A stretch of DNA of 64,000 bases from Trueperaceae bacterium (GTDB taxonomy: Bacteria; Deinococcota; Deinococci; Deinococcales; Trueperaceae): positions 4,160,001 to 4,224,000 of the forward strand of contig OZ243956.1 in the NCBI GenBank assembly GCA_965214405.1, read 5' to 3'. The notes below the pieces were generated by a model. It was not told the DNA's origin and ran no database searches. It was given only the letters and a program-made list of their open reading frames with translations. Every line of letters starts with the position of its first letter. The first letter of the stretch is position 1. The position numbers were made by a program, and so were the translations under genes. Positions 40,329-51,340 of this stretch are shown here, in pieces.

Positions 40329-42296
40329 TTACCGAGGCGCCACCACGACGTTCTGGGTCGCGTCCCCGGTGTAGTCCACGCTGACTTTCACCACCCCATA
40401 GAGCTCGCCGCCTTCGCCAAGCGCGCCGTCCCCGTCCACATCGGTCCCCACCTCGAGCGTGTAGTCGCCCGCCGCCAGGTTCTCGAAGCCAAACAGGCCC
40501 GCGGCGTCGGCCCGACCCTCCGCTACCATGATGCCGCCCCGCCGGAGCCTCACGATGAGGCTGTCGGCCGGGGCTCGCAAGAGGCTCCGCGCTAGGGCGA
40601 CGGCCGCTTGTGCGTCGACGAGACCGGAACCGTACTCTGGGTCCCAACCGCTTGCTCCTAAGTCTTTGCTTGTGCTCTGCAAGATAGCCAGCACCGCGGC
40701 GGGGTTCAGGTCCCGGTTGACGCTTCTAAGCAAGGCGGCGACGCCCGCCACGTGCGGGCTCGCCATACTGGTGCCTTGCTCGAAGGCATACGCGGGTTGA
40801 TTGCGCTCGACGTCCCAGCCGGTGCTCAGCACGCCGTCAGCGTACCCGTCGTTGTTCCGGTCTACGGTGACGTCACCGCCGGGCGCGACCAGGTCGAGCT
40901 CGAGGCCGTAGTTGCTGTAGTAGGCGCGCGCGTTCTGGAGGTCCGTCGCGCCTACTGCGATCACCCCTGGGTAAGCGGCGGGGTACTTAATGCCTTCGTT
41001 CTCGTTACCCGCCGCGGCGACGACTGTCACGCCTTGAGCCACGGCCAGAGAGATCACCTCTGCTTCCATGAACGAGCCCGGCGCTCCTCCGAGGCTCATG
41101 TTGATGACCTCGATGGGCTCGTCAAGCTGGCCCGCTCCAGGGATCGGGTAACCGGCTGCGTAAAGAATCGCTTTCATAACGGCGTCCATAGGCATGGGAC
41201 AGGTGCCCTTGCCCGCGTCATAAACGCCGACCTTGAGCGGGAGCACCCTCACCTTGGGGGCGACGCCCGCCACGCCGAACTTGTTGTTCGACACCGCCGC
41301 CACCGTCCCCGCCACGTGCGTGCCGTGCTCCGCGCAGGCGTCGGTCGTGACGTTCTCTTCGGCGTCCATGTCGCCGAAGTCGAAGCCGTCGAGCAGGTTC
41401 GCCCGCAGGTCGGGGTGCGAGGTGGCGAACCCCCCGTCGATGACCGCGACGGTCACGTCGGGCGTTCCCTCGCTCAAGTCCCACGCGCCGGGGAGGTTGA
41501 CGGCCGCGTAGTGCCACTGGTGGATGTACGCCTCGTCGTTGGGGACGCCGAAGGCCTGTTGCAGGTAGTTGGGGGTGGCGTAGCTCACCCGGCCGTCACG
41601 CTCGAGCGCCGCCAGCACCTCGGCGAGCGGTCGGTCGGTTTTCGCCACCACGAGCGGCAAGACGGTGCTGACGGGCGCGCCGACCGTGAGGCCGTAGTCG
41701 GTTGCAAGCGAGGCCGAAACCGACGCTAAGGCGCCCTGGCTGAGTTCTACATTCTGTGGCACGAGGCCGCTACGCTGCTGTAAAGCCCGCGCCATCGCGC
41801 TGTCGAGGCGCACCAGCAGCTCGCCGGGTACGTAATCCACCCCGGCCTCGAGCGTGCCCAGGTCGCGCGTGGCTGCGTTTGTGGTGAGGTGGCCTTGCCT
41901 GTCGCTCGCCTCTCCTTTGAGGCTGGGAAAGCGCATACTGACCGTCACGACCGCCTCGGGCTCGGCACCGCGGAAGAGGACGCTGCCCGCGTAGTGTCCG
42001 GGCGTGACGCCCGTCCGGTCGACCGTCAGGGTCAGCGTCGCGTTCCCGTCGCCGCCCGCTTTGTCGAGCTTGAGCCAGGACTGGTCCGTGGCGGCGGTCC
42101 AGGCGCCGTCGGCCGTGATGTCAAGCGTCGCGCTGCTGGTCCCGTTGAAGCTCACGTAGCTCGGGCTGGCCTGCACCTCGACCGCCAGACCGGGGCCGGG
42201 GGCCGGGGTCGTGTCGGCGGGCGGGCTGCCTTGGCAGGCTACGAGAGAGAAGAGCAAGATAAGCGAAAAGAACGCGAGACGCAGGGGCATGAGCAT
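40329..42296 (-). CDS. S8 subtilase lipoprotein with BACON domain
   Basis: Lipobox LVAC; triad AVIDGG / HGTHVAG / GTSMASPHVAG; WTAATDQSWL BACON. Confidence 0.9.
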   Translation of the reverse strand: MLMPLRLAFFSLILLFSLVACQGSPPADTTPAPGPGLAVEVQASPSYVSFNGTSSATLDITADGAWTAATDQSWLKLDKAGGDGNATLTLTVDRTGVTPGHYAGSVLFRGAEPEAVVTVSMRFPSLKGEASDRQGHLTTNAATRDLGTLEAGVDYVPGELLVRLDSAMARALQQRSGLVPQNVELSQGALASVSASLATDYGLTVGAPVSTVLPLVVAKTDRPLAEVLAALERDGRVSYATPNYLQQAFGVPNDEAYIHQWHYAAVNLPGAWDLSEGTPDVTVAVIDGGFATSHPDLRANLLDGFDFGDMDAEENVTTDACAEHGTHVAGTVAAVSNNKFGVAGVAPKVRVLPLKVGVYDAGKGTCPMPMDAVMKAILYAAGYPIPGAGQLDEPIEVINMSLGGAPGSFMEAEVISLAVAQGVTVVAAAGNENEGIKYPAAYPGVIAVGATDLQNARAYYSNYGLELDLVAPGGDVTVDRNNDGYADGVLSTGWDVERNQPAYAFEQGTSMASPHVAGVAALLRSVNRDLNPAAVLAILQSTSKDLGASGWDPEYGSGLVDAQAAVALARSLLRAPADSLIVRLRRGGIMVAEGRADAAGLFGFENLAAGDYTLEVGTDVDGDGALGEGGELYGVVKVSVDYTGDATQNVVVAPR

Positions 42297-42420
42297 CCTC
42301 CCCGAGAAGCGTAGCGGTTGGGGGTGTGAGGGGTGGATGAAAGTTTCACGCCTGGCCTTGACCGCCTCGCGGATAGGCGCTCTGTACGGCGACGGCAGAA
42401 CATTGCGTGCATCTATTTAG

Positions 42421-45400
42421 GTGCTGAGCTGGAGGTATATCGACCTTCACGGGCTGCGCCATTCTCCAAACGTATGCCACAATGTTTTCAATGTGGTGAC
42501 GCTTCTAAGCGCGCTTGGCGTACTCATTGTTAACGGAGTCGTCTCCGGGGCCGCCTGGGACCTTACGAAGGCTGCGTGGGCAAGATCTCAGCAGCGCCCC
42601 TGGGAGACCCTCTATCTTGACGCTTTCGCCCAAGCTGTGGATGAAATGCGCCCCGAGCTCGAAGGCTTTGCGGATGGAGGGGAAGTGCGTGTCGACAGGC
42701 AGGCGCTTCAAAGGCTTTTACATCAAGACCTCGTGCTTAACATCGTTGATCTTACCCCCAGCGACTTAGCCCGCGACGGCGTGGTCTCAGCGGTCGCCGC
42801 AGCCATGCAAAAAGCCGACATCGTAGTGGTTGGCGGTCACACCTTGTCCGATGACAGTTACGCACAGCTGGTGCGGAATTTGGTCAAGCGAGCCCACGCG
42901 GCCCTCCGGGAAGCTGTTGTGCATGACACCCCGGCATTTCGGCGGGCGCTCCTGGCTGAAAGCCAAGGGAACCGAACGGCACTCGCCGAGACGCAAGCAC
43001 TTTTCGAGCAGAAATTTGACGTAGCCATTGATTTACTTAGCAGCATTGACCAAGGCAATCGGGAAATTATCAAAGGCAACCAAGAGATTGTCAACAGACT
43101 GAACACCATAGACCAGAACCAGAAGAGGGGAGCGGTTGGCGATTATTTCCAGGAACAACTGGGATTGCGGCTTACCAGCAGCGCGGAGAAGCGCTTAGAG
43201 GACCTCAAGGAGGCTTGGCTAGAGGGAAAGAGGGCACAGGTGGAACGTGACCTAGCCAGCCTTAAAAATGATGATTTTCATTGGGGCGTGCTCGAGCGGG
43301 GTGCCAAAGCGAATTATCTGCGGTTCGAGGCGCGCACCTGCCCACGGGGCGAGCGCCGGAAAGCGGGCGAGCTGGCGGAGGAGGCCAGAGTGCTAGCCCC
43401 GGACGCAGCCAAGGACGCGCGGTTACAGGCGTGGCTCGCTTATCTGGAGGGCGACTACGCCTCGGCACTCAAAGAGCTTGCGGGCCAGGATGACCTGGAG
43501 AGCGTCAACCTCCGCGCCCTCCTCTTGCTCGAGACGGGAGAGCTGGCGGAGGCCGAGCGGGTCCTCCGGCTCGAGGGCCTCGGGCTGAAGCCTGACGCAG
43601 AGACGCACCGGATTTGCGCCCTGGTCAATGCAACGAAAAAAGACCTCGCGCGGGCGCGGCGTGAGGCCGACCACGCCCGCGCGCTGAAGCCTCGCCGAGT
43701 CAACACCCGCTTTACTAGCGCCGCTGTCGACTACCTAAGCGGGGTGTCTCCCGCCGCAGTCGATGTTAGCGCCTCACCTCCACTTGTTAACCCATTTTTC
43801 CTGAAACAAGACGAAGACAGCCGGTCACACGTGCGCCGCGCGGCAAAGGTTTTCAAGGAGTTGGCTGAAGAAATGCAAGACCAGCCGGGCGAACGACAGG
43901 CTCACGAGGCTTGGCACCTCGTCTGCTTAGCACACGATCCTACCCGCCTCGAGGAGGCCGTCGCGTACTGTAGAAGTTTACTCGCGGCCAACCCGCGTCA
44001 TGACCAGGCGATTCGGTGGGCGTGCGCCAACAGGCTCGAGAACACCCTGCCTCTTGAGGCCAGTCGTGAGGCCTTATCAAGTTCGGTAGAAGAAGGCGAG
44101 GCGAATGTTGGCGAGATCGCCGCGCTGGTCGGTTGTCACCTCGCTGCCGCTGATGCCCGCGCGGCCGCTCACCTGCTCGAACAATCCAAGTCAACCTTCG
44201 AGAGCGCCAGGGCGACGGAGTGGTGGACGTTCTGGCGGCTACGCCTCATGGCTATGACAGGCCAAACGGGGCCAGCCCTTATGGAGATAAACCGGTCTGA
44301 ACCGACCCTCGATATGAGGCACGTGAGGATGGATGTTTTGCGAGAGTTGGCAAAAAATTTGGGTGACTGGCAACCTCTTGGCGCGTTTTTAGACAACAGC
44401 TATAAGGAGACGGAACACCCCTTCTTCCTGGTCGAGAGCTGTAAGCTGCGCGCCTGGCTCGAGGACTGGGCGTACGTCGCCGACCACGCCCAGGCCCTCG
44501 TTAATGGCGTGGGCACCGCGGACGCCGTCCAGCTGGCTGCTACGGGCACTTACCACGCGGGCCGTTACGGGTCCTGCCTGACGCTGCTCGAGGGGAGCGA
44601 GAAGTATTTCCCCGCAGGAAAATTTCCGGAGCGGCTGGACGAACTGAAGGTGAACTGTTACGCAGCATCGGGCCGCATCAGGGACGCCGTCGCAGAGGCG
44701 GAAAGGTTCTCTGGCCTAGAGCCAAGTACGGCAAAACTGTTTCAACTTCTCAACCTATATGTAGCTTCTCTCAACCTAGATCAAGCTGTGGCCGCGGCCG
44801 GAAAGCTTGAAGATAAGGAAGACCTCGCCGCGCCTCACTTGTTACAGCTCGCGAATCTGACAAAACATCGGGACGCTCCACTTTCAGTACGGCTGTGGAA
44901 GCGGGCCGAGTCGTCCGGCCTACCCGACGCTCTGGTGGGCCAAGCACTCGGGCTCGCCTTCCAGCTCGGCTTGGATGAGGAGGCTCAGAGGCTGCTAAGC
45001 CGCGCCGCGGACCTGCCAGAACCTGAAAGCGCGGGGGTCTACAGACTCTCGCCTCACGAGACCATACCTGTGTTCAAAGAACGTCAGGACGTTCAAGCGC
45101 GGCTGTGGGACGCATACGAGCGGGGAGTTCTTCCTGTTCACGCCGTTGCCGAACCGCTCAACAGGTCCCTCGTTTCCTACTTTCACACGGGCCCGACGTT
45201 CAACGAACGTAGCCCCAACCCCGCCCGCCAGGAGGCGATCTTCATCCGACACGGCGGCCGCGCTGACGTGGGCGTCGTCGGCAGCGGCGCGGCCCTTTGC
45301 CTCGACGTCTCCGCGCTACTTCTGGCCCGCCACCTCGACATCCTTGACGCCGTGGTAGAGGTGTACGGCCCGCTCACCTTTGCTCAAGAGGTGAGTTACG

Positions 45401-48400
45401 CCCTCTTACACGCGCGGGACAAGATTTTAGATCACCAGCCTAGAAGGTTCGCGGTCATGCGGACCATCACAGAACTGGTGCGGCAGCGTCACGTCAGAAT
45501 TGTTAAAGAGCAGCTAGCCGAAGAAATCCTTGATGAAACACTCCAAAAGCAGTTAGGCGCAGGGTGGGCCGCCCTGTTCGCGGAGGCGAAGCGGACGGGC
45601 GGATACCTCGTCGATTACTTACCGCTCCACAACCTTGACGGTCCTATCCCTCTAGTACCGGAGGGTGCCGAGAACCACCTCGTCAACTGCCGCGCTCTCC
45701 TTAACGCTCTCCCTCTGGCGCAGGCGGAACGTGACAGTCTGCTAGAACAACTAGGCAGTGCGGGGCGGGGTGACGGACTTTATACCCGCCCCGAAAGAAA
45801 CAAGCCCCTCTTCCTACGGGGGAATATCGCTGAAGTCCTTGCCAGGGCTGGTGCCTTGAGGCGGGTCTGCGAGCACTTTCCGGTTTATATAGAACAGCGG
45901 ACGCTTGATCGGCTCGAGGCGGAACTCTCTTACCATAGTGCCCGGCAGGAGCAGCTCGACTGGCTTGATGACCTGATAGGACACCTGCAGCGCGGGATTC
46001 AGATGGGCGCCTACCTCCTTTTGCCCGCATCGCCTGAGCCTATGCGTGAGCGCGCCGCGGAAACAGACGATGTGAATCTCGACGCGCTCGCGTCACTTCT
46101 TCATCACCCGCCGGCTCAGGACGGCGTATATTGGATTGACGACAGGTATTTAACATCCAGCAGCGTTTATCAAGGACAACCTATCGTCGGCATCAACGAG
46201 GTCCTCAAGGGATTATGGCGGGTAGGCCGCTTAAGCTCGGACGAGTATTACAGTAAGCTCGATAGGTTACGGAACGGGAACTTCCGCTTCATACCTATCG
46301 AAGTGGACGAGGTCCTATACCACCTGCGCCAGGCACCCGTAGAGGGCGGCGGGGTAGTGGCTGAGACGCCGCAGCTCGCCACCCTGCGGCGCTACACCGC
46401 CGCCTGGCTCTCACGGGCGCACCTGCTCCAGCGCCCCCCGCGCTTGCACGGTGACGCGGCGCGTAACGGCGAGCTCATCTTCGCGGTGAGGCTTAACCGT
46501 GTGGTGGACGAGGCGCTGGCCGCGGTGTGGCTGAGCGAAGATGAGGATGCCGTCTGCCGGGCGTACTCGGCCTGGGTTTTAGAGAGCCTCAACACCGACA
46601 TCCTCGGGCTGCGGAGCGCGACGGCGCTCCAGAGTGACCGGCAAGACGACCTCGGCTTGTCCGCCATGAGCGTGATGACGCTGATAATGAACGCCTTGCA
46701 CATGCCGCCTAATAAAAGACAACGTTACTTCGCCTGGTTAGAAGACCGCCTGCTGCTCGCGCTGTTCGACGGGCGTTCCGACTTCGTCGAGGGCGTCACC
46801 CACTCCCTGAAGAACTATTATCTTTTGATTGTTAACATGGATGTGGAGGCTACCGGGGCGGCCAGACTATTGATCCGGCGCTTTCACGACGATTTGCCCA
46901 AGGCCCTCCGGAAGGCGCTCGAGAGCGACCAAGCCTTCATGAAGCGCTTGGGCACCGAGGCGTCGCCCGTGGTGGCGGTCGGTGACATCAGTTTCGACGC
47001 CCTGGCTTTCTGGGAGGCCGCGCGAGAGGCGGTCAACGGCAGGCCGGCTGAGCTAGCGATGTTCAACGGCCACGAGCGCGTCACCCTCCGGCCCATAGGC
47101 GACCACCGGATAGGCTTCCACCACCCGCGCACGGAAGAGGGGATTGATGTGGGCGACTTTGCGCCCTTGCTCGCCTCGCCTGACGCACGCGAGCAGGCGT
47201 TGCGCCAACGGCGTGTCTGGTTCGACTGCCCCCGCGACATCGCGGAGCGGGCGCTCCGCGACATCCTCGACATCGGAGACGGTGCCGCGCGTCTCGCGGC
47301 GGCGCACGCCTGGCGGGACGCGAGCCCGACCCTCTACTACGACCTACTAGGCCGAAGGTCGGTCAGCCAGCCGTCGACACCCCTTAAAGACCTTTCGCCT
47401 CCCGACGCGAAACGCCTGCTATGGCACTACCGCCTTCCCGAAGATTTTGGGGACGACTTCGGGGGGGCACTCGCCGCGGCGGCGAGCCAGCTCACCGAAG
47501 AGGAGGGCTTGGAAGCGGCCGTTAAACGCCTGGCGTGCTTTCCAGTGCCCCTACCGCAGGGCGTTATAAACGAGGTGAGAGCGCTAGCGGAGAAAGATCG
47601 GCTGGACCTCGTGCTGCGGCTGGCCCGCGCCCCACGCTCGCCTCTGTCACAGCTCCATTTCCTGCGGCTCGTAGATGAATTCCGGGATGAGGCGCGCGCT
47701 TACCGGCGTTTGGCGCGGCACACAGCTCAGTCACTTTTGGGCGTTGACGGCGTCAAAACGTTCGATGCCTTTCAGGCGCTCCTCCACTGGGTCAGCAGCG
47801 AGTCTCAGGTCTGGCCAGAGGTGGCCGACTGGCCTCCGGCTACCCGCCTGGCGCTGGTGTGGACGCACACCCACCGGCTGTTTTCTATCCTCACCCCGGA
47901 AGGTACAGACTTAACGAGGTTCACAGCGTTTTTTTCCTACCAGCGGCGGTTGTCCGCGGAGCTGTTCGTGCGCTCACCCGCCTACTGGTTCGACGTGGCC
48001 CACCCGCGCCAGGTGTATCACATCAACTTTCTGCTCTGCGGCCTCTCCTACGCGCTCAATCGGACCGTCCCGCCTTATCTGGCACCCCCCCTCCGGGACC
48101 TCCTCGACCCCGAGAAGAACGGCGGGATGAGGTTCACCTACCGCGACCTCGACCGCGCGACCAACAGCCTGGACAGCTTTTTCACGAACGCTTTCAGGGA
48201 AACGCTCGTCGGCACCCTGCAAGCTGAACATCGGCGGGCGGCATCAGCGGAGAGCTTTCGGGACCCGTTGGTCAACGCTCTGGACAAGATCGACGTGGAA
48301 GGCGAGGAATATCTGGTGTGGCTTTATATCCAGGTCCTGCTGGGCGAGCTGCCGCCTTATCCCGAGGCTGTCCAAAAGCTGACGCAGACCGTCCTTTTGA

Positions 48401-48810
48401 CGGACTTCGTGGCGCTGACCAAGCGAAGGCCGCAGGATGGCCTTCTGGCTCTGCACGCGGCGTCGGTACAGACGAGACATCTCATTAGTGAGAAGGCCAA
48501 GCAGCATGTTAAGGCTCATCTCATCTCTGTCTGCCGCCACCTGGCCTCTGAGTACGACGAGAGGGGCGAACGGAACCCCGAGACGGCGCTTTCTATGCTC
48601 TCGGAGAGCGTTTTTAACATCTGTGCGGGTGAGACTGAAGAGGAGGGCGTGCTGACAGAAGTGGAAAGGCTGTTGACCCGGATGGTGGACGGGTGGCCGG
48701 CTCTTGCCGCCAACCTCCGGCCCGTCGTCCAAAGATTCTGCGAAGAGATGCCGCCTTCGCAGGCGAAGCACTTCTGGCCGCTACTTATCCGACTGCGGGC
48801 GGAACGGTAG
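42421..48810 (+). CDS. 2,129-aa TPR/alpha-solenoid protein with central PIN-like domain (start may be ~42493)
   Basis: Uninterrupted 6.4-kb ORF; TPR-like helices; LCLDVSALLL...LDILD and YWIDDRYL acidic motifs; no Walker A seen. Confidence 0.6.
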   Translation: MLSWRYIDLHGLRHSPNVCHNVFNVVTLLSALGVLIVNGVVSGAAWDLTKAAWARSQQRPWETLYLDAFAQAVDEMRPELEGFADGGEVRVDRQALQRLLHQDLVLNIVDLTPSDLARDGVVSAVAAAMQKADIVVVGGHTLSDDSYAQLVRNLVKRAHAALREAVVHDTPAFRRALLAESQGNRTALAETQALFEQKFDVAIDLLSSIDQGNREIIKGNQEIVNRLNTIDQNQKRGAVGDYFQEQLGLRLTSSAEKRLEDLKEAWLEGKRAQVERDLASLKNDDFHWGVLERGAKANYLRFEARTCPRGERRKAGELAEEARVLAPDAAKDARLQAWLAYLEGDYASALKELAGQDDLESVNLRALLLLETGELAEAERVLRLEGLGLKPDAETHRICALVNATKKDLARARREADHARALKPRRVNTRFTSAAVDYLSGVSPAAVDVSASPPLVNPFFLKQDEDSRSHVRRAAKVFKELAEEMQDQPGERQAHEAWHLVCLAHDPTRLEEAVAYCRSLLAANPRHDQAIRWACANRLENTLPLEASREALSSSVEEGEANVGEIAALVGCHLAAADARAAAHLLEQSKSTFESARATEWWTFWRLRLMAMTGQTGPALMEINRSEPTLDMRHVRMDVLRELAKNLGDWQPLGAFLDNSYKETEHPFFLVESCKLRAWLEDWAYVADHAQALVNGVGTADAVQLAATGTYHAGRYGSCLTLLEGSEKYFPAGKFPERLDELKVNCYAASGRIRDAVAEAERFSGLEPSTAKLFQLLNLYVASLNLDQAVAAAGKLEDKEDLAAPHLLQLANLTKHRDAPLSVRLWKRAESSGLPDALVGQALGLAFQLGLDEEAQRLLSRAADLPEPESAGVYRLSPHETIPVFKERQDVQARLWDAYERGVLPVHAVAEPLNRSLVSYFHTGPTFNERSPNPARQEAIFIRHGGRADVGVVGSGAALCLDVSALLLARHLDILDAVVEVYGPLTFAQEVSYALLHARDKILDHQPRRFAVMRTITELVRQRHVRIVKEQLAEEILDETLQKQLGAGWAALFAEAKRTGGYLVDYLPLHNLDGPIPLVPEGAENHLVNCRALLNALPLAQAERDSLLEQLGSAGRGDGLYTRPERNKPLFLRGNIAEVLARAGALRRVCEHFPVYIEQRTLDRLEAELSYHSARQEQLDWLDDLIGHLQRGIQMGAYLLLPASPEPMRERAAETDDVNLDALASLLHHPPAQDGVYWIDDRYLTSSSVYQGQPIVGINEVLKGLWRVGRLSSDEYYSKLDRLRNGNFRFIPIEVDEVLYHLRQAPVEGGGVVAETPQLATLRRYTAAWLSRAHLLQRPPRLHGDAARNGELIFAVRLNRVVDEALAAVWLSEDEDAVCRAYSAWVLESLNTDILGLRSATALQSDRQDDLGLSAMSVMTLIMNALHMPPNKRQRYFAWLEDRLLLALFDGRSDFVEGVTHSLKNYYLLIVNMDVEATGAARLLIRRFHDDLPKALRKALESDQAFMKRLGTEASPVVAVGDISFDALAFWEAAREAVNGRPAELAMFNGHERVTLRPIGDHRIGFHHPRTEEGIDVGDFAPLLASPDAREQALRQRRVWFDCPRDIAERALRDILDIGDGAARLAAAHAWRDASPTLYYDLLGRRSVSQPSTPLKDLSPPDAKRLLWHYRLPEDFGDDFGGALAAAASQLTEEEGLEAAVKRLACFPVPLPQGVINEVRALAEKDRLDLVLRLARAPRSPLSQLHFLRLVDEFRDEARAYRRLARHTAQSLLGVDGVKTFDAFQALLHWVSSESQVWPEVADWPPATRLALVWTHTHRLFSILTPEGTDLTRFTAFFSYQRRLSAELFVRSPAYWFDVAHPRQVYHINFLLCGLSYALNRTVPPYLAPPLRDLLDPEKNGGMRFTYRDLDRATNSLDSFFTNAFRETLVGTLQAEHRRAASAESFRDPLVNALDKIDVEGEEYLVWLYIQVLLGELPPYPEAVQKLTQTVLLTDFVALTKRRPQDGLLALHAASVQTRHLISEKAKQHVKAHLISVCRHLASEYDERGERNPETALSMLSESVFNICAGETEEEGVLTEVERLLTRMVDGWPALAANLRPVVQRFCEEMPPSQAKHFWPLLIRLRAER

Positions 48811-49084
48811 AGTAAAGCGTTCCTTTCCTCTTCAAGAAAGCCGAAGGAGTTCGGTAAGATGCCGGGCATTCTCATTCACCCGACATAGGCGCTCTTCACC
48901 TCAGCGAGCTTTACGTTGGGTTCATAACCAGACGCCAGAGTAAGGTTATCACTCTGTTCCGTGAGCGATAACAGGTAAGAAGCTGCTATGAAAAACCCGA
49001 CGTGGGTGTTAAGGCGCCCAACATATGATGCGAGCGGTGTTTACGACGGCAATATCGGCATCGCGCCTAGAAAGGAGCAAAGGG

Positions 49085-49591
49085 ATGGACGGCATCGAAG
49101 TCGAGCCAAGGCATTTCGAGATTCAGGACAATCGAGGGCGGACGTTCGTTGTCAGGGAGCACATCTACGAGCCTTTTTACACGCTCCACCTGCTCAAGGA
49201 CGGCCACAGGATCGGCTATTGCAACTTTATGGTCAAGGGAGAGACGGCAGAGCTCCACGACATCAACCTCTATGACGCGCCATCACCAACCACCCCGCTG
49301 GCGCGTTTCGCCCGCTCCCTCACAGGCGAGCGGAGTTACCGCGGTCTGGGTCTCGGCAGCCAACTTCTGCACATGGCGGAGGATTATGCCAGGTCGAAGG
49401 GCGCTAAAGAGGTAACGGGCTGGATCAGCAAGGTGGACATGGCCCACCTCTCAAAGGTCGTTCGGTTTTACCGGCGGTCGGGCTACGAGGTTTGGCACTC
49501 CGACGCTTGGGAAAAGTCACGATCGGCCGGCGCGTTCGACGTGGCCCGCATCTGCAAGGTTCTGGCTGTCGGCCCCGCGCCGGTCGGCTAA
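49085..49591 (+). CDS. GNAT acetyltransferase
   Basis: YRGLGLGSQLL...A...G, VVRFYRRSGY; AGGAG RBS. Confidence 0.8.
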   Translation: MDGIEVEPRHFEIQDNRGRTFVVREHIYEPFYTLHLLKDGHRIGYCNFMVKGETAELHDINLYDAPSPTTPLARFARSLTGERSYRGLGLGSQLLHMAEDYARSKGAKEVTGWISKVDMAHLSKVVRFYRRSGYEVWHSDAWEKSRSAGAFDVARICKVLAVGPAPVG

Positions 49592-50342
49592 ACGTGGTGT
49601 TCTCGGGTCGCCCTCGGGACGAGAAGTCCCGGCTGTCGACTAGGAGAGGGGTGTTGCTGGGCGACGTGGCCCCCTTCGGGGGCGACTGACCCGAATCCTT
49701 GGGCACCCAGGAGTGCCGCTTTCTGGGCACGCCCGCCTCGCTCCTCGGCTCCAGGCTGCGCGAGGTGACCACATTTCTGTTTGGGCAGAGCCACCGCTCG
49801 AGCGCTTATGACGCGCTTCTGACCGACCTGCGTAAGCGGAGCCTGTTAAGTCGCCCCGCGCCCGGCGGGTTCGCACTGGCAGAGGTGAGGCGCGCCGTAA
49901 CGACCTTCACACCCAAACCTCTCTCGCCTCCTCGTGTCTCACCGCGGCCCTGACCAAGCTCCGCAAGTTCGGCCTGAGTGGACTACCCGGCCGTGGGCAC
50001 GGTGGCGGGCGGGGGCGAACTTCTTCCTGCGGCTTAAGGAGTTCTCCTGAGGGCGTCCTGAGCCGCCCGGTGACTAGGGGAAGCGGGAGAAGTCCAGGGG
50101 GTAGCGGTGGAGCGTGCCGACGCCGTCTCTCAGGAGCAACGTCACGGGCTCGTCGCCGTCACACGCCACCTCGAACGCGAGCACGTCCGTAGGCCAGACC
50201 TCACGCAGGTGCGCCTCGATTTCCTCTAGCGGCCCCTCGACCCCCGTCTCGTCAACGTGGACCAGGCTTGGTGGAGGAGCTGACTGGTGAGGGTCATCCC
50301 CTCCTCCGAGTCGAAGTCGTACCTCAGGAGGACGTGCGGGGG

Positions 50343-50711
50343 CTACTCCGCCAGGAGGAAGTAGTCGACGGGGTACGTCACGCGCACATGTAGAGGTTCT
50401 GGTCGCTCGCCCTCCTCCTCTTCCGCCTCCCAGCCGAGGGTGACCTCGAGGGGGTCGCCCTCGCCGCTCGTCCCGAATACCTGGGCGTTGAACAGGCCGC
50501 GGTCGAGGGCCTCTTTGACGTAGGTGGTGAGGTCGTACGCCACCAGCGGGTGCGCGCGGGCGTCGAGGTGGATCTCCGCCCAAGCGTGATCGTCGAAGCT
50601 CACCTGGTAGCCCAGCGCCCTCAGCAGGGCGACGAAGGCCTCCCTCGTGGTGTAGTGGCGCTCGTGAAGGGGGTCCATCTCGTCGAGGTCGGGGGCGAGG
50701 TCGTCGAGCAT
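50343..50711 (-). CDS. Acidic hypothetical protein
   Basis: GC3-rich ORF directly downstream of 50716-51051. Confidence 0.5.
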   Translation of the reverse strand: MLDDLAPDLDEMDPLHERHYTTREAFVALLRALGYQVSFDDHAWAEIHLDARAHPLVAYDLTTYVKEALDRGLFNAQVFGTSGEGDPLEVTLGWEAEEEEGERPEPLHVRVTYPVDYFLLAE

Positions 50712-50715
50712 TGGC

Positions 50716-51051
50716 TTACGCCCACCTTGTTTGCATCCCGAGCGCCTCGGCGAAGCGCCCCCTGCGGTAGTCCTGGACCAGACGGTTGACGTCGGTGAAG
50801 GTGTAAGACGCGACCGAGGGCACCACCGCGTCCAGGGGCTCGAGGAACATCTCCACGTCCCGCGGGCTGAAGCCGTCGAAACGCCCGCGCTCGAAGATGA
50901 ACGAGTAGCCGGGGCGGTCGCCGAGCCTGTAGACCTCGTAGCACACCCCGACCTCGTCCTCTACGCAGACGCCGCTGCCCTTCTTGGCGACGGCGAGGGT
51001 GCCCACTTGGATGGTCATGAAGCATGCTACCGAATCGGCGTGCATGAACAC
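50716..51051 (-). CDS. Hypothetical protein (mobile-element associated)
   Basis: GC3-rich ORF, GVCYEVY.LG.RPGYSFIFERG.FDGFS; start may be 51018. Confidence 0.55.
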   Translation of the reverse strand: MFMHADSVACFMTIQVGTLAVAKKGSGVCVEDEVGVCYEVYRLGDRPGYSFIFERGRFDGFSPRDVEMFLEPLDAVVPSVASYTFTDVNRLVQDYRRGRFAEALGMQTRWA

Positions 51052-51340
51052 CCGGCAGATGTCGGCAGAAGTGCTCGAGTTCCCATAAAAGACCTACCAA
51101 AGGGTTAAACCTTTAGGTCCTGTACTAAGGGGAGCAACCGCCGCTGCTTTCCTCATTATCGGGCGAGGCAAGATCAGTTTACGCTTTAGTGCGTTCTGCA
51201 AACACCCTCTCCTATTTTTGCCAGGCAATCAGCAATCGCGCGATTGTGACGGTTCATAACGCCGCCTGTGCGCTAAAAAAGTGCTTCACAGTATAACCTG
51301 AAAGTTATATACTGCCCTTATGACTTGGTACGATAGTTGA

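Noticed and set aside
49592..50340. Fragmentary ORFs after the GNAT gene
   Set aside because: Look like decayed coding DNA, but no family could be assigned.
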